This document shows, in pieces, positions 34,027 through 43,903 of a stretch of 64,000 nt of DNA. This DNA is from Nitrosopumilus sp. GTDB taxonomy: Archaea > Thermoproteota > Nitrososphaeria > Nitrososphaerales > Nitrosopumilaceae. Position numbers and translations under genes: made by a program. Under the pieces are notes generated by a model. The model was not told where the DNA came from. It searched no databases and saw only the letters and a list, made by a program, of their open reading frames with translations. The stretch covers positions 1,344,001 to 1,408,000 of the forward strand of contig OZ252243.1 of assembly GCA_965249555.1 (NCBI GenBank), written 5' to 3'. Every line of letters begins with the position of its first letter. Position 1 is the first letter of the stretch.

Positions 34027-34828
34027 CCATCCAACAATTGTAACAATTGAAAAAGTAATTGATGAAACTCCAACTGTTAGAACTTTAGTTTTTTCAGATG
34101 AAGTAATGTCAAATGTTCTTCCTGGACAATTTGCAATGGTTTGGATTCCTGGAGTAAATGAATTACCAATGAGTGTAATGATTTCCAAAGAACCTGGAAA
34201 GGCTGCATTCACTGTAAGAAAACACGGACCTGCTTCTACTGGTTTATTCAATGTAAAAGTTGGAGGGCAAATTGGAGTTCGAGGTCCATATGGAAACTCT
34301 TTTGATATCAAAGAAGGAAAACTCTTGCTAGTTGGTGGTGGAACTGGCCTTGTTCCTATGATGAGATTACTTACTTTTGTAAAACCTACAGATGATGTTA
34401 CTGTTCTAATTGGTGCCAAATCAAAAGACGAAGTCTTCTTTGAAGATTTGGCCAACAGTCTTTTGGAAAACAATACTCATCAAGTAATTATTTCCACTGA
34501 TGACGGAAGTTACGGCGAAGAAGGATTTGTAACTGATTTGGTAGAAAAACTTGTCAATGAAACCCGCTTTGATGCTGTGTATGTTTGTGGTCCTGAGATT
34601 ATGATGCATAAAACAGTCCAATCAGCACATTCAAGGGGCATATTTGTTCAAGCCAGTCTCGAGCGAATGATGAAATGTGGAGTTGGAATTTGCGGTAGTT
34701 GTTGTGTTGGCGAGGATCTTGTTTGCAGGGATGGAACAATATTTGATGGAGAACATCTTTCCTCAAACAAGGAATTTGGATATTTTTACAGAAACAAGGC
34801 TGGAATTTTAGAAAACTACCAAGTTTAA
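34010..34828 (+). CDS. pyrK: dihydroorotate dehydrogenase electron transfer subunit
   Basis: Motifs PGQF, RGPYGN, GGGTG, CGPEIMM and MKCGVGICGSC...C. Confidence 0.94.
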   Translation: MQRNHNHPTIVTIEKVIDETPTVRTLVFSDEVMSNVLPGQFAMVWIPGVNELPMSVMISKEPGKAAFTVRKHGPASTGLFNVKVGGQIGVRGPYGNSFDIKEGKLLLVGGGTGLVPMMRLLTFVKPTDDVTVLIGAKSKDEVFFEDLANSLLENNTHQVIISTDDGSYGEEGFVTDLVEKLVNETRFDAVYVCGPEIMMHKTVQSAHSRGIFVQASLERMMKCGVGICGSCCVGEDLVCRDGTIFDGEHLSSNKEFGYFYRNKAGILENYQV

Positions 34829-34864
34829 CCAGCAAGGTTTAAACTAAATCATAAAATTAATTTC

Positions 34865-36598
34865 GTGAAGGTAATGGGAACTCCAAAGATTGTTTTAACT
34901 GCTGATCGTACTCTGATGTCTCCATATAGGGGATTATCTCTGGCAACCTTTTTTGGATGTGCACCAGCTCTTGACCCTCATAGAAAAAAAAGTAGTTTTT
35001 GGTACAAAATTCTTGGAAATCAAGTTACTCCAAAAATTTTATTTGATTTTATTTGTAACTATATTCCTCATACAAATGGTGTTGCAAATTATGCACCATA
35101 TGGATTAAGAAAATTAGAAGCTGGTTTACTACGAGATGGATTTAGCAGACAAGATGTTGTTGTTGCCCATCCTGATCATATTGAGCAATTCATTGGACCT
35201 GAAACAGAAGTTGTTGGAACATATGAAATGGATCCTCTTGGAATGGGTCCAGTAACTATGACGTTTACTTATGGCAGAAAACAAATCTCTTATGATGAAT
35301 TTTACAATACTGAATTACATCGTAGAATTAAAGCTGCAAAAGCAAAAACTGGAAGTAAAGCCAAAGTAATTTCTGGAGCATCTGGAACATGGCAGTATAA
35401 CTATGATCCAGAAAAAATTGAAGAATTTGGTATCTATGCTATACTAGAGGGAGAACTTGGTGGAATTGCACCAGAAATTGATGGGCACGCTGGAAGATTC
35501 TTCAACTATTTGATTAACGGTGACTTTGAAAATATGGATCCTTTCAGAAAGAGAAGTGACTTTAAAGTAAACATTAAAGAATTTGAAAGAAACGGCAAAA
35601 GAATTCATGGGCGATTTGTCAATTTCTGGGATAGACCTGACATGGATGAAATTCCTGATATTGTTGAACCAAGTATGCATGGAATGGTTGAAGTAATGCG
35701 TGGATGTGGACGAGGCTGTAAATTCTGTGATGTTACATTAAGATCATTGAGATACTATCCACCAGAAAAAGTTGTAAAAGAAATTGAGGTGAATATGAAA
35801 AAAGGTGGTGCTAAATCTGCATGGATTCATAGTGATGATATTTTTGTTTATGGAATGGATCCAAGAACTGCAAAGGGAATGGAACCAAACCGAGAAGCAC
35901 TTGAAGAATTATTCTCTGCAATCATGTCTACTGGTGTAGAGCACACAAATCCAACACATGGAACATTGGCAGGAGCAATAGCTGATGAAAAACTTCTTCC
36001 AAATCTATCTAAAATCATCAAAGCAGGTCCAGATAATTTGATTGGTGTGCAAGTTGGATTTGAAACTGGAAGTTTGAGATTAATTGAGAAGTATGCAGAT
36101 AGAAAACTTGCACCTTATCGCCCAGAAGAATGGCATTGGGTTGTAAAAGAAGGTGTAAAGACGATGAACGAAAACTATTGGATTCCAGCATTTACACTTA
36201 TCATGGGTCTTGATAATGATGAAACTCCTGAAGATTCATGGGAATCTATTCGTTTAATCAACGAATTAGAACGTGAACAACCAAATGCAATGTTTACTGC
36301 TACTGCACTAACATTTGTTCCAATTGGATTACTAGAACAATCTGATTTCTTTAACATTGGAAATGAGATGACTCCAGCACAACTAGGGGTTTTATACAAA
36401 ACATGGCAACACAACTTCAAATATGGTATTCAAAAATTTATGACCAAAACTGGTGCAAAAGGTCCTGGAAGATTATTCTTCAATGCACTTGCAAGATCTC
36501 TTGGTGGTATTCCACTTAGTGCAATGGAGAAATATGCACGTAGGAAGAGTAAGGAACACGAACGAGTTATTGAAGTTATTAAAGCAAAATACTGGTAG
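34865..36598 (+). CDS. B12-binding-type radical SAM protein, probable GDGT ring synthase (Grs) family
   Basis: CxxxCxxC (GCGRGCKFC). N-terminal KIVLTADRTLMS, APYGLRKLEA and DPLGMGP motifs are recalled as typical of Grs-like proteins. Confidence 0.65.
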   Translation: MKVMGTPKIVLTADRTLMSPYRGLSLATFFGCAPALDPHRKKSSFWYKILGNQVTPKILFDFICNYIPHTNGVANYAPYGLRKLEAGLLRDGFSRQDVVVAHPDHIEQFIGPETEVVGTYEMDPLGMGPVTMTFTYGRKQISYDEFYNTELHRRIKAAKAKTGSKAKVISGASGTWQYNYDPEKIEEFGIYAILEGELGGIAPEIDGHAGRFFNYLINGDFENMDPFRKRSDFKVNIKEFERNGKRIHGRFVNFWDRPDMDEIPDIVEPSMHGMVEVMRGCGRGCKFCDVTLRSLRYYPPEKVVKEIEVNMKKGGAKSAWIHSDDIFVYGMDPRTAKGMEPNREALEELFSAIMSTGVEHTNPTHGTLAGAIADEKLLPNLSKIIKAGPDNLIGVQVGFETGSLRLIEKYADRKLAPYRPEEWHWVVKEGVKTMNENYWIPAFTLIMGLDNDETPEDSWESIRLINELEREQPNAMFTATALTFVPIGLLEQSDFFNIGNEMTPAQLGVLYKTWQHNFKYGIQKFMTKTGAKGPGRLFFNALARSLGGIPLSAMEKYARRKSKEHERVIEVIKAKYW

Positions 36599-36638
36599 TC
36601 ATACAAATACATAAATTTACTAGTTTGCATTTATTGTC

Positions 36639-36821
36639 ATGGCAACACACGGTTCTATTACCAAAGCAGGTAAAGTAAGAGGACAAACTCCAAAAATAGA
36701 AGGAAGAAAAATTGTAGGCGACAGCTCTAGTGTTGCAAACAAAGGTAATTTCAAAAAACGATTTGCTCTTGGTCGATATCCTGGACAAAACAAACCAGGC
36801 CAAAGACGAAAGAGACGATAG
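36639..36821 (+). CDS. rps30e: 30S ribosomal protein S30e
   Basis: HGSITKAGKVRGQTPKI. Confidence 0.95.
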   Translation: MATHGSITKAGKVRGQTPKIEGRKIVGDSSSVANKGNFKKRFALGRYPGQNKPGQRRKRR

Positions 36822-36871
36822 TCTATTTTTACTAAAATTTTATCATCTCACGATCAATCAATTAAACACGT

Positions 36872-36996
36872 CTGTTCAATCTTCGGGACATTTCCACCTG
36901 CTGTTCGATTAGGGACATGGAAAATCACAATTTCGATATTATGGGCATTTTACCAGTGTTTGATTCGGGACATGGGAAATTTGAATGATGGGCAAA
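36872..36996. repeat. degenerate direct repeats (TGTTYRAT..GGGACAT) in non-coding DNA
   Basis: GGGACAT at 36885, 36912 and 36967. Weaker GGGCA copies at 36943 and 36990. Confidence 0.5.
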
Positions 36997-37153
36997 ATTG
37001 CAAATTATTCATGAATTTTACAGAATTTTGGAGAAAGTCTGCATTCCTTGAATTTGTAGCAGTTAGAGTACGTAAAGTTAGTACAAGCTGAGTGTAACTT
37101 AATAGGTATAATTTATCAAATAAATTGATGACCTTTTTTATTTTTTTCTAATT

Positions 37154-37348
37154 ATGGCATTTGCTCAGATAGAAGGAGATGTTGTTTGTGATCCTGAAGT
37201 GGATTGTTTAGAGAATGTCCCAAGTTTTTCAATTGATGGCATTTCTTTTACTGAATTACATGTTGTTATTTTTCCAATTTTATTTCTTGTAATTACAATA
37301 ACCATAATTATTATAATATGGAAGAAATATAAAAAAAGTAATGTTTGA
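37154..37348 (+). CDS. small membrane-anchored hypothetical protein
   Basis: C-terminal TM helix followed by WKKYKK. Confidence 0.45.
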   Translation: MAFAQIEGDVVCDPEVDCLENVPSFSIDGISFTELHVVIFPILFLVITITIIIIIWKKYKKSNV

Positions 37349-37482
37349 TCGAAACGATATTGACTATCGTAGAATTGTAATAGCCTTTGGAATTGCAGTA
37401 TTTTTTTATGGTTGAAATATCATATTTAACGAATTTTTTTATGAAAGGATAATCTCTTTTTTTATCTTTTTACCAAAAATAT

Positions 37483-37839
37483 TTGCTTAAACAGAATGTA
37501 GGATCTATTTTAAATAGCGAATTATTTTATAATAATGTGATGGCTAAAATTCATTCATTAGGAGATATGGGGTTTCAGTATTATTATTCAATTAGTCAAT
37601 TAAAACCCAAACTTAAAGGACACATTATATCCGTGAAAATGAATTTTCAAAAACCTGATGGTCTTCAATTTATCAAAGAAGCTAAATTAAATGATGAAGA
37701 TTTCATTATTTATATCAATAAAAAAAGTGATGGTGAATCAATATTAAATCAAAGAGGTGATTGGGAATTTTGGCCTACAATTGAAACAGATTTGGAGATA
37801 TTTTCATGTCCGAAACATGAATCTTTTTGGGTAACATAA
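37483..37839 (+). CDS. hypothetical protein
   Basis: 118-aa ORF in an AT-rich patch. The start may be the ATG of MAKIHS. Confidence 0.5.
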   Translation: MLKQNVGSILNSELFYNNVMAKIHSLGDMGFQYYYSISQLKPKLKGHIISVKMNFQKPDGLQFIKEAKLNDEDFIIYINKKSDGESILNQRGDWEFWPTIETDLEIFSCPKHESFWVT

Positions 37840-37978
37840 TTTTCTATTTTTTGCATTATTGTGATAAAATGTAAATATTTGATAATTTAATAGCCACTTT
37901 TGCTATATATTAATTAAATCTAATGAAATTCATTACATATTAGACGAATTTATAAGCATTTTTGATAATTTTTAATCA

Positions 37979-39199
37979 ATGGTTGTTGTTATTGATCCAC
38001 AGATTGCTGGAATATCTGGAGATATGCTACTTTGCTCCTTGGTGGATTTAGGTGCTGACCAAAATAAGATAATTGATGGAATAAAACAATCAGAAAAATT
38101 TTTCTCAAACTCATCTATTAAAAAAATTGATTTTCAAAAAATTACTAAACATGGTATTCAATCTGTTCAATTAATTCTAGAAATCAAAGAAGATGTTCAC
38201 GAAAGAAAAGGTTCAGAAATCAAACAGGCAATTGTTGATTCTATCCAATCTATTGGACTTTCAGAAGATGCAAAATCATTTTCAGAATCTTGTATTGATA
38301 CACTTATTTCTTCTGAATCTGCAATTCATGGAATCCCTGCCGAGTCCGTTTACTTTCATGAGGCATCTAGTATTGACACTCTTGTGGATATTGTTGGCAT
38401 TACAATTGCTTTAGAAGATTTAGGGCTATTTGATGAAAAAATTCTTTGTTTACCTATATCTGTTGGTGGAGGTAATGTAACTTTTTCACATGGGACCATG
38501 TCGAACCCAGCCAGTGCTATTCTTGAGATTTTTAAAAATTCAAATTTTATAATCAAAGGAAATACTGCAAATGAAGAACTCACCACTCCTACTGGGGCTT
38601 GTATTTTAGTAAATCTAGCAAATAATGCTGTAGAATATTATCCTTCCATGAAAATTGATTCAATTGGTTATGGTGCTGGACAAAAAAATTTTGAAACTTT
38701 TTCAAATGTTTTAAAAATTGTTAGAGGTGCGGAAAATAATTTTAATATTGATTCCGTAAAAATCCTTGAAACAAATGTGGATGATGTTTCAGGAGAAATT
38801 CTGGGAAATCTAATTGAAAAAATTATGGAAAAAGGTGCAAAAGACGTTTCAATTTATCATGGAATTACCAAGAAAGGAAGACCCACAAATCTTGTATCTG
38901 TAATTTGTAGTGATGAAAATGTTGAAGAAATAGTTGATACCCTAGTACTTGAAACTGGTACCTTAGGAATTCGAATTTCTGAGTCTAATAGATTTACTGT
39001 TCCTAGAACAATTCATACTGTTTCTCTAACTTTGAATGGAAAATCTTTTCAGGTAAATTACAAAAAATCCTCCTTTAAAGGAAAAACTGATTTTAAAATT
39101 GAATTTGATGACTTGAAAAATGTATCTAATACAATTGACAAATCAATTAAGGAGACCGAGTCATTATTAAGAAAAGAGATTGAGAAATTAGAGGATTAA
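37979..39199 (+). CDS. larC: nickel pincer cofactor biosynthesis nickel insertase LarC
   Basis: Motifs AGISGDM, FHE...DTLVDI, ELTTPTGA, GYGAG, LETNVDD, KKGRP and ETGTLGIR. Confidence 0.93.
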   Translation: MVVVIDPQIAGISGDMLLCSLVDLGADQNKIIDGIKQSEKFFSNSSIKKIDFQKITKHGIQSVQLILEIKEDVHERKGSEIKQAIVDSIQSIGLSEDAKSFSESCIDTLISSESAIHGIPAESVYFHEASSIDTLVDIVGITIALEDLGLFDEKILCLPISVGGGNVTFSHGTMSNPASAILEIFKNSNFIIKGNTANEELTTPTGACILVNLANNAVEYYPSMKIDSIGYGAGQKNFETFSNVLKIVRGAENNFNIDSVKILETNVDDVSGEILGNLIEKIMEKGAKDVSIYHGITKKGRPTNLVSVICSDENVEEIVDTLVLETGTLGIRISESNRFTVPRTIHTVSLTLNGKSFQVNYKKSSFKGKTDFKIEFDDLKNVSNTIDKSIKETESLLRKEIEKLED

Positions 39200-39999
39200 T
39201 GATGACAAAGCTGGATGAATTAGTTAATTGGTTTGAATCCAAAAACAAGGTAATGGTTGCACTTTCCGGTGGTGTTGATAGTGCACTTGTTGCATATGCT
39301 GCTTTTCAAAAACTAGGAAATTCAGCAATTGCAGTAACTGCTGATTACAAAACTTTGTCTGAGGAAGAACTTCATTCTGCCAAGCAAATATGCAGTGAGA
39401 TAGGAATGAGACAACTCTTTTTGGACTATAATGAACTTGAAAATGAAGAATTTGTAAAAAATGATTCAAATCGATGTTTTCATTGTAGAATGGAATTAGG
39501 AGTTCATTTGATTGCATTGGCCAAGGAACATGATGTTTCAGTAATAGTTGATGGTACTAATCTGGATGATTTAGGTGATTATAGACCTGGAATTGAAGCT
39601 TTAAAACAAAATGGCATTCGGAGCCCACTTGTAGAAACAAACTTTTCAAAATCAGAAATTAGAGAAGCTGCAAAATTTGTAGGATTATCTGTTTATGACA
39701 AACCATCAAACTCTTGTTTGGCTTCCAGAATACCTTGGGGGCAAAGAGTAACAGCTGAGACATTAACTAGAATTGAATTTGGAGAAACAATTGTTAAACA
39801 ACTTACAAATGTAAAACAAGTTAGAGTTCGAGATCTTAACGGTTGTGCAAAAATTGAAGTTGACAAAGTAATGATATCTTCATTTACTGATGTTATTCTG
39901 AATAAAATCACTGAAAAACTAAAGATGATTGGATTTTCTGCAGTTGAAATTGATCAGGATGGATATAAACCGGGAAAAATTAATGTGATTGCAGATTGA
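39199..39999 (+). CDS. larE: ATP-dependent sulfur transferase LarE
   Basis: PP-loop ALSGGVDS, plus RCFHC, DGTNLDDLGDYRPG, CLASRIP and QVRVR. Confidence 0.93.
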   Translation: MMTKLDELVNWFESKNKVMVALSGGVDSALVAYAAFQKLGNSAIAVTADYKTLSEEELHSAKQICSEIGMRQLFLDYNELENEEFVKNDSNRCFHCRMELGVHLIALAKEHDVSVIVDGTNLDDLGDYRPGIEALKQNGIRSPLVETNFSKSEIREAAKFVGLSVYDKPSNSCLASRIPWGQRVTAETLTRIEFGETIVKQLTNVKQVRVRDLNGCAKIEVDKVMISSFTDVILNKITEKLKMIGFSAVEIDQDGYKPGKINVIAD

Positions 40000-41165
40000 T
40001 CTATCTGGATAATGCAGCATCAACTCAGATTCATGAGGATGTTTTGAATTCAATGCTACCATATCTGAAAGAGCAATATGGAAATCCATCATCTCTACAT
40101 CGTTATGGTAGATTAGCTCACAAAGCAATTGAAAAATCCAGAAAACAAATTGCATCTTTAATCAATGCAGAACCATCTGAAATTTTACTCACATCTGGTG
40201 GTACTGAATCAAACAATACTGCCTTACAAGGAATAGCCATGAAAAATACCTCTGGGCAAATCATAACCTCCTTAATTGAACATGATGCAATTTTAGAACC
40301 ATGTAAAAAATTAGAACAGAATGGATTTGATGTAGATTATTTACCCGTAAACAAGTTTGGAATGGTTGATTCGTCTGTTTTGAAAAGCCATATTTCTGAT
40401 AAAACTAGTCTTGTCTCTATTATGTTTGGAAATAACGAGGTAGGTACTATACAAGCAATCTCTGAACTATCCAAAATATGTAATGAAAATAACATTCTAT
40501 TTCATACTGATGCTGTACAAGCAGTTGGCAAAGTTCCTCTAGATGTTAAAAAATTAGGAATAGATTTACTATCTATTTCTTCTCACAAGCTATATGGTCC
40601 CAAGGGAATAGGTGCATTATATATTAAAAATGGTATAGATATTGATCCTGTAATTCTGGGTGGAGGACAAGAGCATGGATTACGTTCTGGAACTGAAAAT
40701 GTTGCAAGCATTGTAGGATTTGGAAAGGCATGTGAAATGGCACAAAATAATCTAAATGAAAATATCTCTCAAATAAAAAAACTTAGAGACAATCTAGTTG
40801 AAAAAGTACTAAATGAAATTCCTGAAGTGATTTTAAATGGCCATCCTCAATTCCGTTTACCAAATAATGCCCATTTTACATTTCTTGGTGTAAATGGTGA
40901 GGATCTTATAATCAAACTTGATGAGTATGGAATTGCGGCATCTACAGGTTCTGCATGTTCTGTAAATACACAAAAAGCTTCCCATGTTTTACAAGCAATG
41001 GGATTTTCACTTGAACAAATTACTGGTTCTCTGCGATTGACAATAGGAATTTTTAATGACCAAAAAGAAATCGATCAAACAGTTGATATTCTCAAAAAAA
41101 TAGTTCAAGAACTTCGTGCAGTTTCCCCATTCAAAGAAAAATATTCTTTTGTTTCAAAAAACTAA
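39996..41165 (+). CDS. iscS: cysteine desulfurase (IscS/NifS)
   Basis: Motifs YLDNAAST, YGNPSS, TSGGTESNN, SSHKLYGPKG and STGSAC. Confidence 0.95.
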   Translation: MIYLDNAASTQIHEDVLNSMLPYLKEQYGNPSSLHRYGRLAHKAIEKSRKQIASLINAEPSEILLTSGGTESNNTALQGIAMKNTSGQIITSLIEHDAILEPCKKLEQNGFDVDYLPVNKFGMVDSSVLKSHISDKTSLVSIMFGNNEVGTIQAISELSKICNENNILFHTDAVQAVGKVPLDVKKLGIDLLSISSHKLYGPKGIGALYIKNGIDIDPVILGGGQEHGLRSGTENVASIVGFGKACEMAQNNLNENISQIKKLRDNLVEKVLNEIPEVILNGHPQFRLPNNAHFTFLGVNGEDLIIKLDEYGIAASTGSACSVNTQKASHVLQAMGFSLEQITGSLRLTIGIFNDQKEIDQTVDILKKIVQELRAVSPFKEKYSFVSKN

Positions 41166-41962
41166 ATATTAGTTTGGAATTTGTTTCTAGATGCTACAAT
41201 AACTGCCATTATGCCAACAATTAGGATTATCATTACAATAGTGCCAAATTCAGGAACAACATAAGTTCCAATAATTTCAATATCTGAATCCCCTTCTTCA
41301 AAATTAATTGTTATCACTCTAGACTTTTGGTGTACTAGAGATTCTTTATAGGCAACTTCTATTCCATCTATCAGAATAATAAAAGCAACATCTTTACCAT
41401 CCTGTTTCTCAGCTCCTATGAACTCTCTAGGCAAATCTAATGTGATGGTTCCCTCGTCTGTTGCATCAATTTGTACTATTATTGCAAAAGTATCTGAATC
41501 TACTATCATATCCTTAACTGTACCTCCTTTGATGGTATACTCTACATCAAATGTTCCAAAACTCCCTGCATCTACGTCAAAATGACTTGTGGTTTCAATT
41601 GACTCTGATTCAGGAGTATAATTAAATGCAGTTTCTATTATTTCATCTTGATAGGATGCTCTGACTATGTATTCTCCACCGGTTTTCCATAACGCGCCTT
41701 CTGCAAGAACTGTTTCTGTGAAGCTGCCATCTTGTGCTACTTGTAATTGTGCAATATGTGCGTATGCTGCATCATGAATAATTTGTATTAGTACTGGGGT
41801 TTTACCAATTACTGTATCTACACTACCTGATATTACAATAGTATCTCCTTCATCATAATGATTATCATCTGTTTGAATAGAAAGTAAAGATCCTTGAGCA
41901 AAAGCAGTTACAGTTGAAATAAAAAATAAAACTATGATGCCATAAATTATTCTGGTTTCCAC
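41162..41962 (-). CDS. PEFG-CTERM sorting domain surface protein
   Basis: Signal peptide. C-terminal VVPEFG followed by a TM helix and basic tail. Confidence 0.9.
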   Translation of the reverse strand: METRIIYGIIVLFFISTVTAFAQGSLLSIQTDDNHYDEGDTIVISGSVDTVIGKTPVLIQIIHDAAYAHIAQLQVAQDGSFTETVLAEGALWKTGGEYIVRASYQDEIIETAFNYTPESESIETTSHFDVDAGSFGTFDVEYTIKGGTVKDMIVDSDTFAIIVQIDATDEGTITLDLPREFIGAEKQDGKDVAFIILIDGIEVAYKESLVHQKSRVITINFEEGDSDIEIIGTYVVPEFGTIVMIILIVGIMAVIVASRNKFQTNI

Positions 41963-42033
41963 AAGTTTTCAAATGCCCATTTGTATATTTCTTTTACTAT
42001 CAAGAATGAAAAAATGAAAAAAGAGTTGTGATT

Positions 42034-42924
42034 TTAGTATCTTGGTATGATGCTAAGTCTTGACTTTGCAGATATTGCAATGATTGAGATAATTGCTACT
42101 GCTAGAATCATAGCTGCAATTGTGCCAAACTCTGGAATCACAAAGGTACCAATAATTTCAATTTGTTCAGTGCCTGCTGGGAACATGACTGTTACTTTGT
42201 TTCCATCAATTTCAACATCATCCCATTCTTCTCCGTCAACTAGTATCATGAAGATACCATCTATGACTGTAGTTTCTGGGTTTATTGTTAGTGTTCCATC
42301 ATCTTCAGCGTTGATGTTAATGACAATTGACTTATTATTAGTATTGAGCATTCCGCCAACTACAATTGCACCTGAAATACTGTATGGTATACATTGATCA
42401 CCTGCAGTTATATCATCAGCTCCACATTCTACTGGTGCTTCTGTTGTAGGTGTTGAGTAGTTTGGTGTCCATGCAACTCCACCAGTTAGTTCAACTTTTG
42501 CGCTGTTACTTTTTTCAGCACTACCATAGTTTACTTTAATGATGTAGGTACCATCATATTTCCACATTGCACCTGCTGTGCTTATTGTTGTCTCAAAACT
42601 TCCATCTTCTGCTACTGTGAGTTGATCAACTGTAACAAGGGAGTTTAATGGACTCACAACAGTTACTGTAATTGGAAATACAGATACATTTGCTACTTGA
42701 CCTGTTACCATAATCATGTCATTGTGACCATAATCTGTTTTATCTGTCCAAACAGATACTGGAATAGCTTTAAGTAATATCTCATTTGCTATTACTCTTG
42801 CATCTTCCATGGAACATCCTACACATGCTTCTGGAAGATCTCCTGCAGCATATGCTGATGACATGGTTAAAGTACCGACTGTAGTCAAAACAGCTAGTAG
42901 CGCGAACGACGTACGGTTGTTCAT
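42034..42924 (-). CDS. PEFG-CTERM sorting domain surface protein
   Basis: Signal peptide. C-terminus VIPEFGTIAAMILAVAIISIIAISAKSRLSIIPRY. Confidence 0.92.
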   Translation of the reverse strand: MNNRTSFALLAVLTTVGTLTMSSAYAAGDLPEACVGCSMEDARVIANEILLKAIPVSVWTDKTDYGHNDMIMVTGQVANVSVFPITVTVVSPLNSLVTVDQLTVAEDGSFETTISTAGAMWKYDGTYIIKVNYGSAEKSNSAKVELTGGVAWTPNYSTPTTEAPVECGADDITAGDQCIPYSISGAIVVGGMLNTNNKSIVININAEDDGTLTINPETTVIDGIFMILVDGEEWDDVEIDGNKVTVMFPAGTEQIEIIGTFVIPEFGTIAAMILAVAIISIIAISAKSRLSIIPRY

Positions 42925-42948
42925 CTTGTTGCGATTTACACCTATCTC

Positions 42949-42978
42949 TATTTATGTATATTTAAAAAGAGAAAAAAG
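42949..42978 (-). promoter_or_regulatory. shared terminator/promoter block between PEFG-CTERM genes (copy 1)
   Basis: 30-bp TATTTATGTATATTTAAAAAGAGAAAAAAG, identical to 43867..43896. On the minus strand it reads as a T-tract followed by TATA-like boxes 25-40 nt before the ATG. Confidence 0.65.
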
Positions 42979-42986
42979 TTGTGATT

Positions 42987-43841
42987 CTAGTATCTTGGTA
43001 TGATGCTAAGTCTTGACTTTGCAGATATTGCAATTATTGAGATAATTGCTACTGCTAGAATCATGGCTGCAATTGTGCCAAATTCTGGGACTACAATGCC
43101 ATCTTTGATATCTACTTCAGTTAAAGCAGTATATTTTGGATCGTCATATTGTTGTGCAGTTACAGTGTAAAAGCCATCTTGTTTCCATAATGGTCCTCCT
43201 GTAGTAATCACAAAAGTGAATTCTCCATCGAGCATTGGTGATACTTGAGCAACTGATACTACATTTTCATTTGGTGCAGTTACAGTCAATGTAATGTCTT
43301 GACTTACTCTGTCGGTCATTCCGATAATTGTGATCATATCTGATCCTATTTCAGCTTCTGCATAAATTTCAATTCCTGCATCTCTAGTAGTGACGTTTGG
43401 TACAATAATTCCTGTATCTAAATTAGATTCAGTTACAGAAGTTTTTTCAGTCATACCATCATTTACTTCAACAAGAACATGTAGTGTATACAATGAATTT
43501 TCATGTACTGCTTGCATTGCTTCAATTTCATAAAATCCATTTTCAGTCCATGTTGGACCCACTATGAAATTTACCATAAATTCCCCATTATCGTTTGGTG
43601 AAACTTGCCATACAGCCACTACATTATTTCCACTTGGGGATGTCACTTTAAATGTAACATCTGTAATGTCTGAAACTGTTTTACCTGTTACAGTAATGGT
43701 ATCTGAATTTCTATCAGCCGTAGCTGTAATAGACATTCCTAGACTTTGAGCAAAAGCATCTTGCTGAATTGCGGCCACTGAAATTAATGACAGTGCCATA
43801 AGGGCTATTGCCATTGATGTTGTAGAACGTTTTAAATTCAT
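42987..43841 (-). CDS. PEFG-CTERM sorting domain surface protein (two Ig-like repeats)
   Basis: Signal peptide, duplicated domain (DTITVTG..DITDVTFKVTSP / DMITIIG..QDITLTVTAP) and PEFG tail. Confidence 0.92.
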   Translation of the reverse strand: MNLKRSTTSMAIALMALSLISVAAIQQDAFAQSLGMSITATADRNSDTITVTGKTVSDITDVTFKVTSPSGNNVVAVWQVSPNDNGEFMVNFIVGPTWTENGFYEIEAMQAVHENSLYTLHVLVEVNDGMTEKTSVTESNLDTGIIVPNVTTRDAGIEIYAEAEIGSDMITIIGMTDRVSQDITLTVTAPNENVVSVAQVSPMLDGEFTFVITTGGPLWKQDGFYTVTAQQYDDPKYTALTEVDIKDGIVVPEFGTIAAMILAVAIISIIAISAKSRLSIIPRY

Positions 43842-43866
43842 CCTAATTCAATCCAGATATCTTTGG

Positions 43867-43896
43867 TATTTATGTATATTTAAAAAGAGAAAAAAG
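43867..43896 (-). promoter_or_regulatory. shared terminator/promoter block between PEFG-CTERM genes (copy 2)
   Basis: Identical to 42949..42978. Confidence 0.65.
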
Positions 43897-43903
43897 ATGA
43901 AAT

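Noticed and set aside
37803-37821. Short inverted repeat TTCATGT-N5-ACATGAA
   Set aside because: A 7-bp stem inside a coding region of an AT-rich genome is expected by chance.
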